From Mobula hypostoma (Eukaryota), in assembly GCF_963921235.1 (NCBI RefSeq), contig NC_086097.1:91576001-91640000 (forward strand): a DNA stretch of 64,000 nt. Direction: 5' to 3'. Position 1 is the first letter of the stretch. Each line of letters opens with the position of its first letter. The notes under the pieces were generated by a model, which saw only the letters and a program-made list of their open reading frames with translations, was not told the origin of the DNA and did no database searches. The position numbers were made by a program, and so were the translations under genes. This document shows positions 24,387 through 37,816 of the stretch, piece after piece.

Positions 24387-25190
24387 CAGTGGATTCCGCT
24401 TAATTGGGCCATAGGTTAATCAGGGTAGTCACTTATTTGGGACAACTTTTAAGGAACAAAAACTAATTGAGAAAATAAAAACAAGATTCCCTTCATTTAT
24501 CTGGGGCACTATGCTACTTAATTGGGACAGGAGACTGCTGCTGAACAGTTCCTAACTAGAGTCAGTCACGTGCAATTCATGGCTGATAGATACAACACAG
24601 TGCTCAGAACAAAACAACTTTTAAATCGCATCAGTTGCTTGTTTGTGTTAAAAAATCCACGATGCTTGCCACTGATAACTTGTGACAAATAAGCAGCAAG
24701 ATATTTCTGAACCGCTTTGATCTGCGGTTTCAAGCATTCAAGCATGGAGATGCCTGAAACAGCTGGAGTGAAAGTGAAACAATTTCACTACTTCAATAAG
24801 TTAGGAAATATGAAAAATTTGAATATCGACAATCATCTTGAGTGTTACAATGAAAATGAAGATCTGGAGATTGCAATCATCTGAAAGTATTGTATGAAGG
24901 CACTCCATTATCTGCACTAATTTTCTTCACTTACAGTCAATCAAAAAAACACAGTAGCCTACTCTGGATGATAACTATTAGGAACTAATACACAGTTTTA
25001 TAGTAATGTAGTAGTATTAGCAGTGATATTAAGTATTTAATTCATAACTTGTTACTCACTTAAACGGTAAATGGTCTTTTTTTTAATGACTTTTTAACTA
25101 CTTCCTTGAAACTTTGGCTTATTGGGGCAGCCACTTAATTGGGCCAAAATGTGCCGGTCCCAATGTGTCCCAATTAACCAGAACCCACTG
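24387..25190. mobile_element. Tc1/mariner (Tigger/pogo-like) non-autonomous element
   Basis: TA|cagtggattccgcttaattggg ... cccaattaaccagaacccactg|TA; repeated subterminal aattggg motifs. Confidence 0.8.
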
Positions 25191-26339
25191 TATATCCATC
25201 CAGACAGAACCTCAGAAAGATAGTATAGCACCTCACCCAGTATTGCACCGGAGCATCGGCCTAGACTGTTTACTCCAGAGAACCACTTGAACACACAACC
25301 CGAGTCACAGGGAGAATGTACTGCAGAGGCACAGATCAGTGGTTAATTTTGTTTAGTTAATTCATCCTCAATTATAGATTCTCTCAGAACATGCCAATAC
25401 TCTCTATTTTCCTTTGAACTCAGCCTTAAGAGATCAGATGGTAAATACAAGGCCAAGACAACAAGATCTGCTCTATTCCCACATGTTTGAGACAGCATGA
25501 TATATCTATTTATACATATAAATTTTATCCCGGACATTTGAACTGTCAGTAGCAGAAAGAGAAGTATTTTTGGAAAAAAAGGGTTTTCAGCAAGTGTCAA
25601 AATTGAACGACAGATTAGGCATTCAGATGGTTCATTTTAAAAATACAACTATTACATGCACCAAAGTGTGACCATCATTAGCACTGATGGTTAATAATGT
25701 CATACAAATTGGCATTTCACTCATAAATTGTGGCTATTAAAGCAAAAGGACAGTTCTAGGATTTTAATATCAAATAAATTTTAAAGGCCAAGAAGCTGAA
25801 CCAATCATTTGACTTCTGTAAAATGTTACGCTGAATAGTTCATGAACTATTTTCCATTGATTTATTGTCATCATATTTAAGCATTCCATGAAATGAAAAC
25901 TAACTAAACAATAAATGCTTTTATTCAATAATGACTTCATCAAGGATAGAACATTATTGAAAAATATTATTCAAAGTGCAATTAAATGACATGATAGGAG
26001 AATTAAAGTACTAGAGGACTGGGGAATGATTGGTCAACTAACTCCCAGATTGGCTTGGCCCAGTGGTAACATTCTTCATAGACTCGTAGTTTTCAGTTAT
26101 GTACCATACTGGATACTGAAGTATAAAATCTAAGTCTGAGCTTCAGAGCAGCACTAAGGAGCCTTTCATTATCTCAAGGGTTTTATTGACATTTGTACAA
26201 GGCTCTTTTAGGTGGGCACAATGTCGCAAATTACTATTTCAAATAAGATAAAGAAACTTTCATTTAAAGCACTAGACCAGCCACTTTTCTTGTTACTGCA
26301 ACTTAAATGCAAATTCTTTAATACATCCATAGATAATGC

Positions 26340-27255
26340 CTTGTTTAGGTTTAAATGCCATATTCAAGTTTTCTGATGATACCACTGTCACAGGTCGAAT
26401 CAAAGGTGGTGACAAATCAACATATAGGAGAAAGGTTGAAAATCTGGCTGTGGTACCACAACAACAACCTCTCACTCAATGTCAGCAAGACCAAAGAACA
26501 GGTAATTGACTTCACGAGGAGGAAACACAAGGTCCATGAACCAGTTCTCATCGGGGGATCAGAGGTGGAGAAGGTCAGCAACTTTAAATTCCTCGGTTTC
26601 ATTATTTCAGAGGATCTATCCTGGGCCCAACACATAACTGCCATTACAAAGAAAGCATGTCAGTGCCTCTCCTATGGCCTTGTATGGAAGCACCAATGCG
26701 AATGAACAGAAAATCCTACAAAAAGTAGTGGATACCGCCCAGTTCATCACGGGTAAAGCCCTCCCCACCATTGAGTAGATCTACATGGAGTGCTGTCGCA
26801 GGACAGCAGCATCCATCATCAAGGACACCCACCACCACCATTCTTCTCAATGCTGCCAACAGGAAGGAGATACAGGACCCTCAGGATCCACACCATCAGG
26901 TTCAGGAACAGTTACTACCCCTCAACCATCAGGCTCTTGAACCACAGGGAATAACCTGACTTAACTTCACTTACTCCAACACTGAGCTATTCCCACAACC
27001 TATTGAATCACTTTCAAGGACTCTCCATCTCATGTCCTCAATATCTATTGCTTATTTATTTATTATTTTGGTTTTTTTTTGTATTTACACAGTTTGTTGT
27101 CTTTTGCACTTTGGTTGTTTGTCTTGTATGCAGTTTTTCATGACTCTGTTGCGTTTGGTATTTACTGTGAATTCCCACAAGAAAATGTATCTCAGGGCGG
27201 TATATGTGAACATATACAGTATGTACTTTGATAATAAACTTAACTTGATTTGAAC
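26340..27255 (+). mobile_element. Rex1/Babar-like LINE, 3' fragment
   Basis: AIFKFSDDTTV, NNLSLNVSKTKEQVIDF and VEKVSNFKFLGFIISEDLSW; tail gataataaacttaacttgatttgaa. Confidence 0.8.
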
Positions 27256-27383
27256 ACCTCCAGCATTGGAATCACCTTTTTAAACCAAGAAACGAACTAA
27301 ACACACTTGTGAAGACACTGTACCTCAAAGCAGCCCAACTCAATAGACAGGGCAATTGCAAAGCATTACCACACACTCTTTAC

Positions 27384-27494
27384 CTATGGAAGGGGCCTCA
27401 GTTTTGGTGAAAAAATCTTGCCAGACTGCATCCTGGAAAAAATTGTTGTATCGATAATCGATGGTGCTCAGGTATTTGGCTACAGGATGAGATC
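27384..27494 (-). CDS. PACS2: PACS2 coding exon ([37 protein letters not shown])
   Basis: 111 nt, tctag| acceptor, |gtaaag donor; phase 1/1; matches recalled [21 protein letters not shown]. Not in the supplied ORF track. Confidence 0.95.
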
Positions 27495-27609
27495 CTAGAG
27501 AAGAAAATAAAAGTGCATAATTACTTTGAATAATATAAAAATAGAGCTTCTAAAATGTGTGACTTAATATTTATTTTACATGGAAGCTTTGTCCTTGCCT
27601 TCCAAATTT

Positions 27610-28075
27610 AGAAGATAGAATAGTGCAGCATAGGACTGGGGCTTCGTGCCCATGTTAACTGTGTTGACCATAATGCTAATTTAAACTTTACATCTGCCTG
27701 AACATGGTCTCTATCCCACCATTTCCTGTTTGTTGACAAGTCTGTTGAAATGCCTCTTAGAAGTTGCTGCTTCATCTAATTTTACCACCTCCCCAGGCAG
27801 GCACCTAACACTCCCTGTGCAAAACAAAACTTATCCCGTAAATCTCTTTTAAACTTTCCCCTCTCACCTGGATAGAGACAATCTACCCTACCTATACCTC
27901 TCATTATTTGATAAGACTCTTTCAGGTCACCCCTCAGCTTCTGGCACTCCACAGAAAACAGTCCATGCATGTCCATTCTCTCCTTCTACCAACACTGTCT
28001 AATTCATGAAATATTCTGGTGAACCAGTTCTACACTGCCTCCAAAGCCTCCATATTCTTCCTGTAATGTGGCACC
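27610..28075 (-). mobile_element. Old CR1 3' fragment
   Basis: ORF 27782..27976 GLFSVECQKLRGDLKESYQIMRGIGRVD matches the CR1 ORF2 C-terminus. Confidence 0.75.
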
Positions 28076-29589
28076 CGTTTTCATCTTTTGCAATAATGGC
28101 CATAGAATTGTACAATTAGTCTACTGTGTATAAACTAGCTATTTCATAAAGGAGTAAACAGTTTAGCAACCTGCTCATTCCCCATAACCATACATACTTC
28201 CTTTTTAATTTCCTAATATTGGATTGGTGCAGTGCATGTCCATTAGCAAAATCCACAACATTGTCAGTTGCAGACAGCAAGTCCAAGCACCTTCACTCAC
28301 AGTGGGAGTCCCCACGCCAACCATGTGACAAGACAGCAGGAAATCCCGGCAGCTGTTTGCTGAGGCTGCAGGGGGAAACATCAGCTACTGAGGACAGAGA
28401 AGGGATCCACAGCTACTAAGAAGATGGGAATAAATCTTTTGCAAGCTATTCTGTGCACATTCCTCCTAACTACTTTATTGAAGATGACCCATGTATACCT
28501 CACTCAAAGCTGTATCGTATCAGCTAATTCTTCTTAATGTATATCCCTGTTATATTTTTAAATGACTTAAAAAGGTATTAGATTTCACCATTCAATACAG
28601 CTCCCTAATTAGGTTCAAAAGAATCAATTTGGAGCTTTTACCAAAACAAGCAGATGTTCCAGGTCCTTGGGAATTTTCTACGGAGCCACCACATAGCACT
28701 TCATTTGGAATTCTACATGGGTAGCCGGCAGCAGAACAGATGGCTGACACCGAGCCACGAGATAGAAATTCAAATCACGTCTCCGCAGTGTTACAATGAA
28801 GTAATAATCATTCACAGAAAACAAAACTGAACTAGTATTTTAAAAATCACAGCCTACCACTCTGTTCATTAAAACATATTTCACTCACACCTTGGTGTAA
28901 TCATATCAATCGTGGCATTAACCCTAATCTCTTCATAGTTTTTAAACATTTATTTTCAGTGCTTTAATTCCTTGTTAGTTTTTAATCAAAAGGAGCAATA
29001 GCTGACAGAGCACAGGCAAATAATTTATCTTTTCATAACAAGCCATGCTGCTCATGAGCTGGCCAGCAGGAGGTAGCAAAATCATTTGAAGGCGATTCTC
29101 CCTAACATTTGCTCTTCATCTCCATAGACAGCACCAAGGTACATCCAAAATCACAAACAACCTTCTCCTGAGAAGGCTGAAAGGCAGTGCACTGACAATT
29201 CCGCATGCTACCACCTAACTCCAACAGTGAACAACAAACCATCATTCCTAGTCTGACCCCTTGGGAATCTTTTCTGAAATCCACTTCACAGATCCACTCT
29301 CCTTCTTTGTCTTCCTTCTCAAGATCCAGAGACAGGTTTGCTATGGTAGGCCCGTTATTTCACTGGGTTCTTGCCCCTGTGGAACAGATTTCCTCTGATC
29401 TTGACTTTTCTTGATCTTTTGTCCAGCCTTATGCTATGTCATGCTTCCATTTATTTCCTATTTACTTCTGATCCTTGATCCATCTCCAGCTCTAATCCCC
29501 ACTGAGGTGCTCTGAGAAAGCTCCAAGTTTTCCTCGATCATGGAGCACCATAAACAGTCTCCAGTCTACCACCAACCTACTCTTTATAG

Positions 29590-29838
29590 ATAGAGCATGG
29601 AACAGGCTCTTTCCGACCCAATGAGCCATGCCGCCCAGCAACCCACCTATTTAACTCCAGCCTAATCACAGGGCAATTTACAATGACCAATTAACCTACT
29701 CGCCGATACGTCTTTAGAGCGTGGGAGGAAACTGGAGCACCCGGTGGAAACCCTGCTGTCACAGGAATTGAACTCTGAACTTTGCCACCCCAAAATGTAC
29801 TAGTGACGTGCAAACCACTGCACTACCACAGCGCCCCT
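29590..29838 (-). mobile_element. V-SINE/HE1-like SINE
   Basis: Similar to 17490-17776 (cctaatcacagggcaatttacaatgacc, gtgggaggaaactggagcacccgg). Confidence 0.7.
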
Positions 29839-32134
29839 ATTGTTGGCTAAACTTGTCTTTTGATTAATTTCTCCCTACTTCCCCCAAATAAAGAGTGTGA
29901 GCCTATATGCATCCTAGCTATGCTTAATTTTTCATGTGATTACACAAAACTTAGTTTCTTCTACCCCTTTGTCATGTTAACCCATATACTGAAGAATACT
30001 TTGGTGTAATTTCTAATTCATTCTGAACTAGAACATATCATTACCTTTCCTTTGGAATTTTCCTTCAGCTGTAAATGGCCCAACTTCAACCTTTTTCCCC
30101 TTGTTCCATTGCTTCCTCTATCTTCACTTCTTCAAACAGTCCATCAACCAACATTCCACAATAAATATACAAAACTCTGGAAATACTTGAGAGGTCAGGC
30201 AATACCCCTCCTCCACAAATGCCAAGATTGTTGCCACACTTGTTTCATTTCCCACACGTTTGCTCCTATCGTTTCTCCTCTTTCCCTTATTTTCCATTGG
30301 GTCAGCAAAAAAGCACAATGCCCCTCCACTTCCACCTAGAATTCCCTCTTCACATTCTGGGTCATATTTATTAAGTAAAGCTTTAATATCATACCCTCAT
30401 TTCCAAAGCATCTCCCTGTGCAAGTTCAGTAAATGTAACCATCTGTTCCTCTACTTCCAGTTTTTGCCAAAGCCCATAGTACAACAGAGAAATAGCAACG
30501 CATTTGCCAGAGTGGAGGCTCTGTGTGCAGCTCCAAAGGGAATCATCAAATATTCTCATTTAGGACTATTGCAGTTGAAATCCAGTGACAGATAGATGCT
30601 TCAGTAAGCAAATTTGTTTTAATCTGTCTCAAAAGACTCTGGACTGCAGCTTCCCTTTAAAAAAGCAGGGCCTTTGGGCTGGGCTGCAGGTAAAACTGAA
30701 ATGCAGGGCATTGACTTTCTACCATCCTTGGAAGAGGATGTGTTTGTGTGTGTTGCTTGGATTTCCAACATCTGCAGATTTTCTCATCTTTTTCCTACCA
30801 TCTTGCTGGCTAACATAGTCTCTGGAAAACTTAACTGAAGACAGACTAAGACTGCAGTACCAGAGGGACATCACGGGACTGCTGCATACTTTGCTTCATA
30901 GAGACAAGAATCACCCCTAGCATTCTGGACACAGTGCTTCAGCCCGAAGGTTTCATCTTCCAACCACATTAACCAGACTGTGACCTCAGGAAAAGGCGGA
31001 GGCAGTGGCATCTGCATCACGATTAACTCATTGTGGTGCACAAACGTGGCAGTTTTATCTCAGTCCTGCTCCCCCAATCTGGAAGATCTAGCAGTCAAGT
31101 GTAGTCCATTTTATCTACTGAAGGAGATTTCTGCTGTCAACCTGGTTGCACGTACATTCCACTCCTGGCCAATATCAAGCTGGTACTGGAGGAGCTGAGC
31201 ACTGTGACCAGCAGAGACAGCAAATCCTAATGTTTACCCAGTCATTGTGGGGAACTTCAACCAGGTTAGCTTGAGGAAGTATTTGAACAACTACCATCAA
31301 TGTTACCTGTGGAACCAGAAGAGCCAACACACTTGACCACTGTATAACCACCATCAAGGATGCGTACTGTGCCATCCAACAACTGCACTTTGGCAAGCCT
31401 GATCACCTGGCTATACTTCTACTCCCTCTTACAGGCAGAGGCTGAGGACTCTAACATCAGTGGTGAGGACCATGACGGTAAGGTCAAGGAAGGCTTTGAA
31501 TGGGTGGACTGGACCATATTCAGGGACTCAGCTTTTGATCTGAATATGTTTCAGTTGTTACTAACTTCCATTAAGAACTGTGTGGATGAGTACGTGCCTT
31601 GAAGAAAATACCAGACATACCCAAACCAGAAGCCAGTGAGATTCGCAGTCTGCTGAGGGCTAGATCCATTACATTCAAGAATGATGATCCAGTACTCTAG
31701 AAAAAGTCTAGGGTACATCCTACAAAAGGCTCTATAAAGAGCAAAAATGCTATTTTCGGTGAAATTAGAGATGAGCTCGAATGCTTGTCAGCTAAAGCAG
31801 GTTTTGCAAGCCATTATTTCCTACAAGGCGAAACCTAAAGTCATAGATAGCTGTGATACTTCATTCCCAGATGAGCTAAATGCCTTTTATGCATGCTTTG
31901 AAAGGAAGAATAAACCTACACTGTGCAAACCCCTGTAACATCTGGTGACCCTGTGACCTCTGTCTCAGAGGCTGACAACAGAACACCTTTCAAGAGGGTA
32001 AACCCTTGCAAGACAACAAGCCCAAGGGTGTACCTGGCAGGGTACTGAAACCTGTGACAATCAACTGGTTGGAGTGCTCAATGCCTTACTGCTGCAGTCA
32101 GAGGTTCCCACCTGCTTCAAAAGGACATCAATCA

Positions 32135-32358
32135 GAAGAAGAGTGGTGTCCATTGACAAGAGTTGAATATTCGAGGAGTTGATCTTCTTCCCGCGCTGAC
32201 ATAGATGATGTGAGTGTAATGACCTCATGTGCATTCAAGTTCAACAGTGGGCATGACAGGGAATGAGGAAAGGTTCAGCTGACTCATATCGCCAAATCAT
32301 ATCGTTTCCTCGCGGCCCGGGAACACATGCTTTGCGGCCCGGTGGTTGGGGACCGCTG
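32135..32358. mobile_element. One-ended hAT (Charlie-like) fragment
   Basis: Ends gcggcccggtggttggggaccgctg (reverse complement cagcggtccccaacc, a hAT-type TIR); replaces part of the LINE RT; no left TIR seen. Confidence 0.5.
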
Positions 32359-32904
32359 ACCTGGACAACAGCAATACCTACATCAGGCTGCTGTTTAAAA
32401 ATTCCAGCTCAGTGTTCAACACCATCATCCCTTCAGTACTATTCAATAAACTTCTAAACCAGGGCCCTGTACCTTTCTTTACAACTGGATCCTTGACTTC
32501 CTAATCAGAAGACCATAGTCACCACAGATTGGAAATAATAACTCCTCCTTGCTGATGAGTACAGACACACATCAAGCATACATGCTTAGCATACTGCTCT
32601 AATCTTGCCGCACACATGGCTGTGGGGCTAGGCATAATTCAAATGCCATCTATAAATTCGCCAGTGACATAATTGTTGTCAGCAAATCTCAGATGCTAAC
32701 AAGAAGGCATACAAGACTGAGGTAGATTAGCTAGTTGAGTGGTGTCAAAAGAACAAACCTGCATTCAGTGTCAATAAAACCAAGGAACTGGTTACAGACT
32801 TCAGGAAAGGGAAGTCAGAAGAACATGTACCTGTCCTTATCAAGGGGTCAGTAGTGGAATGGATGAGCTGCTTTAAATTCCTGGGTGTTAACATCTCTGA
32901 AGAT

Positions 32905-33754
32905 TGTTGCAAAAGAACCAGTTATCAGAAGATTGATGCCGATAAGAGGACAATGGGGGAATCTTCAAGAGATGTTAATGAGAGACGAGAGGGGTTAACG
33001 GAAAGGAGACACAGTTCCGAGTATTGTCAGAGACCGGGGCTTTGAACCCTGAACTGTTTGAAGTGTGATGGACAGGCGATACCCCAGCAGGGGAATAAAA
33101 AGGGACAGGTTCGCTAAGGCAAGGGACACATGACTCCACGAGGTAATGAGACCCTGAAAGCGGTGTGCCCCCCCCCCACTAGTTGGTGGGAGTTTTTGGA
33201 GGTCTGGTCGTGGGACCAGCCATAGACGCACAGGGTAGAAAGGTACGGATCAGCGGGAACCTGGTGTGTGTGTCCACCCTTGCCTGGGTGCCGGGTTCAC
33301 CGCAGAAGAACGATCGTATCTGGAACGGAGGGGTCACAGTCGGTGACCTCAGAAGACATTACAAAGGGCTCGCCCGAAAGCTGACTGCGAGGAATATCGA
33401 AGGTCTGTTTGGAATCCAATTTGAATATTCATTCGTTCTCTCTCTCCCCCCTTCCGCCCCCAACGGCACAACAGTGATTACTGTGAACTGAACTGAACTC
33501 AATTGAACTGAACTTTGCGTCACTTGAAACTGGTCATTTACCCCTAGACGGCGATAGAGCTTGATTGATCCTATTATCCTAGTTCTGTGTACATGTGTGT
33601 TTATCATTGCTGAACTGTTGCATTTATTATCCTGTTGATTAGAGTACTGTGTTGCTTATTTCTTTAATAAAACTTTCTTAGTTCCAGTAATCCAGACTCC
33701 AACTAAGTAGTCCATTTCTGCTGGTTTGGCAACCCAGTTACAGGGTACATAACA
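32905..33754 (+). repeat. 5' LTR (850 bp)
   Basis: Direct repeat of 36971-37816; TATA-like ataaaaag ~33095, AATAAA ~33666; followed by a degenerate tRNA-Pro-like PBS (tggggttctcctccgcgat, 33759-33777). Confidence 0.95.
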
Positions 33755-36700
33755 TAAGTGGGGTTCTCCTCCGCGATTTCGAACGCTAAATTTGGGACGG
33801 GGTAAATTGATTGGGTTAAAATTCCCGAAAGAAAGAAAAGGCAAACAGCAGAAATGGAGATTGAGGAATTTCTAAAGGCGCCGACCTTGGAGGCATTAGA
33901 GGATGCCAGGAAAGCGGAATTGGCAGCTGTGGTCAAACGGTTGAATCTTGTTAAGGGGAAGTCGACAATGAGGAGAAAGGAGATACACAGAGCTATCGTA
34001 GAGCACTATGTATCTAAAGGTGTGTTTCCCCAAGGGGAGCTGGAGGTGAAACCTCCATGGAAAAACCTGGTGGAGACGCAGTACAGGTGCAGATTGAAAA
34101 ACTGAGACTCGAGCACGAGTTCCGGGTACGGCAGCTAGAACATGAAGAAAAACAGTTAGAACGGCAAGAGAGAGAGAGGCACAAACAGTTGGAGCGAGAA
34201 GAGGGGCAGTTGGAGTGAGAAGAAAAACAGAGGGAAAGGGAATTCGAGCTGGAGAAGTTAAAGATAAGGGCCGAGCAGGGGCCCATGCCGAACCAAGGTG
34301 GAGGGTTCAGGGCGACCCAGGAGGTTAGGCTGGTTCCCCCATTTGACGATAACCGATGTGGATCGGTACTTTCTCCATTTCGAAAAAGTTGCTGCAAGTC
34401 AGGACTGGCCGAGGGATAAATGGGCTGTTTTGCTTCAGAGTGTACTTAAAGGGAAAGCCCAACAAGCTTACTCGGCTTTGTCCGCGGAAGATGCCCAGAG
34501 GTATGAGTTGGTGAAAGAGGCCATCCTCAGGATTTATGAGTTGGTCCCGGAAGCATGCCGGTAGAGGTTCCGGAATGCGAGGAAGCAGTGGGACCGCACG
34601 TATTTAGAGTTTGCCCGTGAGATGCAGACATATTGTGAGCATTGGTGCGCCTCGAAAGGGGTAGATGGGGATTATGACAGACTGCTACAGCTGATCCTGA
34701 TTGAACAGTTTAAAGGTTGTGTCCCTGACGGTATGAGACCCTGCCTAGATGAGAAAGAGGCAGACACTTTAGCCGCAACTGCTAAGTTAGCAGATGAGTA
34801 GGCGTTGACACATAAAACGAAGTTTGCCCCGAGTAAAGGCTACCAGAAGGGAAGTCAGGACGGCGGGGAGAGTCCGCCAGAAAAGTCAGAAAGTAAGCCG
34901 GGGACTAGTGAGAAGGCCAAGGTAGACCGGGAGCAGTCTGGTAGGAAGTCTCCTGGGGTGGTATGTTATAATTGTGGGAAAGTCGGACACTTTGCGTCCA
35001 GGTGCTTTGCCCCAAAGAAGGAGACGGGAAAAGGAAAGGCGGCGTTTCTGACTGGCTGTATTGAGCTGGTAAGCAAACCGCTAGGAGAGGAGAGGGCTAC
35101 CAAAGTTCAGGAAGGGCGCGAGAGGTTTATCTCGGCCGGATTGGTGTCAGTGAAGGAGGGGTTAAAACCAGTTCCAGTGCGGAGCTGGAGAGACACGGGA
35201 GCGTGTCAGTCATTGATATTAAAGAGTGTGTTAGAGTTTAGTTCAGAGACCCAGACTGGGGAGGTCAGTGTCAAAGGCATTGGGCAAGGGACTGAAGCAG
35301 TGCCTTTGCACCAGATACACCTACAAAGCAACTTGGTCTCTGGACCAGTCACGATAGGGGTGAGGCTCGAACTACCGATGAAAGGCGTGGAGATCTTGCT
35401 CGGTAATGACCTCGCCGGTGGGGAAGTGTATCCGCAGTAAAATTGACAGGCCTGCCTGCCAGCATTGAGGCCCTGCCCATGGACTCACAGGGTTATCCCG
35501 TTTGCGCAGTGACTTGGCGTATGTCCAGAAAGACTGCCGAAATAGCTCTAGCGGAGACGTTTCTACCAGCCTTGTACCAGGAGGGGGTAGAAAGTGAAAC
35601 AGGAGGAAGTGAGGAAATTAAGGTAGATTTATCATTAGAAAGGAAGGAATTTGTACAGGCGCAGGAGCGAGACGAGGAGCTGATGGTTTCGGTGGGGACA
35701 GCTCTCTCTGAAGCAGAATTAAAAAGAGAGCCAGTAGGCTATTGTGTGGAGGAGGGAGTACTAAGGAAGAAAGGGAGACCAAGTACCGTGCTCGCAGATG
35801 AGGAATGGAGGATGGTACCAAAAATTTATGGGGATGAGATTCTTAACCTGGCCCACAAGATACCCCTCGGTGGATATTTTGGGGGGAGGAAAACAGTCGG
35901 CGAAATCATGAAAGAGTTTTACTGGCTGCACAGGAGGAAGGATGTTATTGACTATTGTAGATGTGAGTTAACACAGTTAGAGGCTATTAACATGTTAAAA
36001 GCTCACCACGATCAGAAAACAAATCTAGCTGGTGATATCATGAAAATTAATGAAGCTAGGGTGCCACCTGATAAGGGGAGGGCCCATTTTGAAAAGTGTG
36101 GTGCCAACCAGATGGGAGAAGTCTATCGTTTTGGCCAGCTTGGCTGATAAGGTCTCTCCCTTAATCCCCGAACAAAGCGAGCTAGTTAAACGGCACGCAC
36201 ACGGATGTCCGAACGTCACGGTACATGGGGTGGTTGTCACGTCAGGTCAGCCTAGTGAGCAACACCCCTATAGAATGATTAATTCAGTGTCAAAAGGGCT
36301 AAAGAACACAGAAGTGTATATTGGCGATGTAGTAGTCTGGAGTGACACGTGGGAGGAACACATTTCAGTGGTAGAAGAGCTGTTTAAATGGCTGTCTGAA
36401 GCCAGCCTGATAGTGAACCTCGCAAAAAGTGAGTTCGGCCACGCGAAGGTCACTTATCTGGGATTTGTGGTAGGACAGGGGCAGCTGGCTCCGATGCAAG
36501 CTAAGGTGCGGGCTATCTCTGAAGTCCCCACCCCGACAGACAAGAGAGCCCGGAGAAGGTTCTTGGAGATGGTGGGGTACCATCGGAAGTTTTGCAGAAA
36601 AAAAACAACAACTTTGCGGATGGTACCCACCCTCTTATTAAGCCCTTGCCAAAGAATGCTAAGTTGGTATGGGACGACCCTTGTTATCTGTGTCCGGGGC

Positions 36701-36970
36701 GAAAACCACTGAGACGTTATACTGATCACAATTCATTAGTGTTTTCGGCCACTATGAAGTTTGCTAAGTTGGAGCCTGGTTTAAAGGATTATTAAAATAA
36801 CACATATAAAAGGAACAGAAAATGTGATTGCTGACTGTCTGTCAGGTGTTGACAACTTAAAAAGTCTCTGTATTAGCCAAAAAGCTGATAAACATGTATA
36901 TTTGTGTGTATATGATAGTGTATTCATGACTATATTTTAACCCCGGTAAAAATCCTTTGAAGTGTAGGGA

Positions 36971-37816
36971 TGTGACAAAAGAACCAGTTATCAGAAGATT
37001 GATGCCGATAAGAGGACAATGGGGGAACCTTCAAGAGATGTTAATGAGAGACGAGAGGGATTAACGGAAAGGAGACACAGTTCCGAGTATTGTCAGAGAC
37101 CGGGGCTTTGAACCCTGAACTGTTTGAAGTGTGATGGACAGGCGATACCCCAGCAGGGGGATAAAAAGGGACAGGTTCGCTAAGGCAAGGGACACATGAC
37201 TCCACGAGGTAACGAGACCCTGAAAGCGGTGTGCCCCCCCACTAGTTGGTGGGAGTTTTTTTGGAGGTCTGGTCGCGGGACCAGCCATAGACACACAGGG
37301 TAGAAAGGTACGGATCGGCGGGAACCTGGTGTGTGTGTCCACCCTTGCCTGGGTGCCGGGTTCACCGCAGAAGAACGATCGTATCTGGAATGGAGGGGTC
37401 ACAGTCAGTGACCTCAGAAGACATTACAAAGGGCTCGCCCGAAAGCTGACTGCGAGGAATATCGAAGGCCTGTTTGGAATCCAATTTGAATATTTATTCG
37501 TTCCCTCTCTGCCCCCCGCCCCCAATGGCACAACAGTGATTACTGTGAACTGAACTGAACTCAATTGAACTGAACTTTGCGTCACTTGAAACTGGTCATT
37601 TACCCCTAGACGGCGATAGAGCTTGATTGATCCTATCATCCTAGTTCTGTGTACATGTGTGTTTATCATTGCTGAACTGTTGCATTTATTATCCTGTTGA
37701 TTAGAGTACTGTGTTGCTTATTTCTTTAATAAAACTTTCTTAGTTCCAGTAATCCAGACTCCAACTAAGTGGTCCATTTCTGCTGGTTTGGCAACCCAGT
37801 TATGGGATACGTAACA
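36971..37816 (+). repeat. 3' LTR (846 bp)
   Basis: Direct repeat of 32905-33754, preceded by the purine-rich gaagtgtaggga (degenerate PPT). Confidence 0.95.

Larger units (their letters stand above)
32905..37816 (+). mobile_element. Gmr1-like Ty3/gypsy LTR retrotransposon, internally deleted (4.9 kb)
   Basis: Two TG...CA LTRs and an AGAT TSD (32901-32904, 37817-37820). Gag has YFLHFEKVA and the CYNCGKVGHFASRC knuckle; protease DTGA; integrase Zn-finger remnant precedes RT (YIGD) and the RNase H end (YTDHNSL...HIKGTENVIADCLS). Confidence 0.92.

Noticed and set aside
33483..33513. (TGAAC)n short repeats, also at ~37545
   Set aside because: Pentamer microsatellite inside the LTRs with no spacers; not CRISPR-like.
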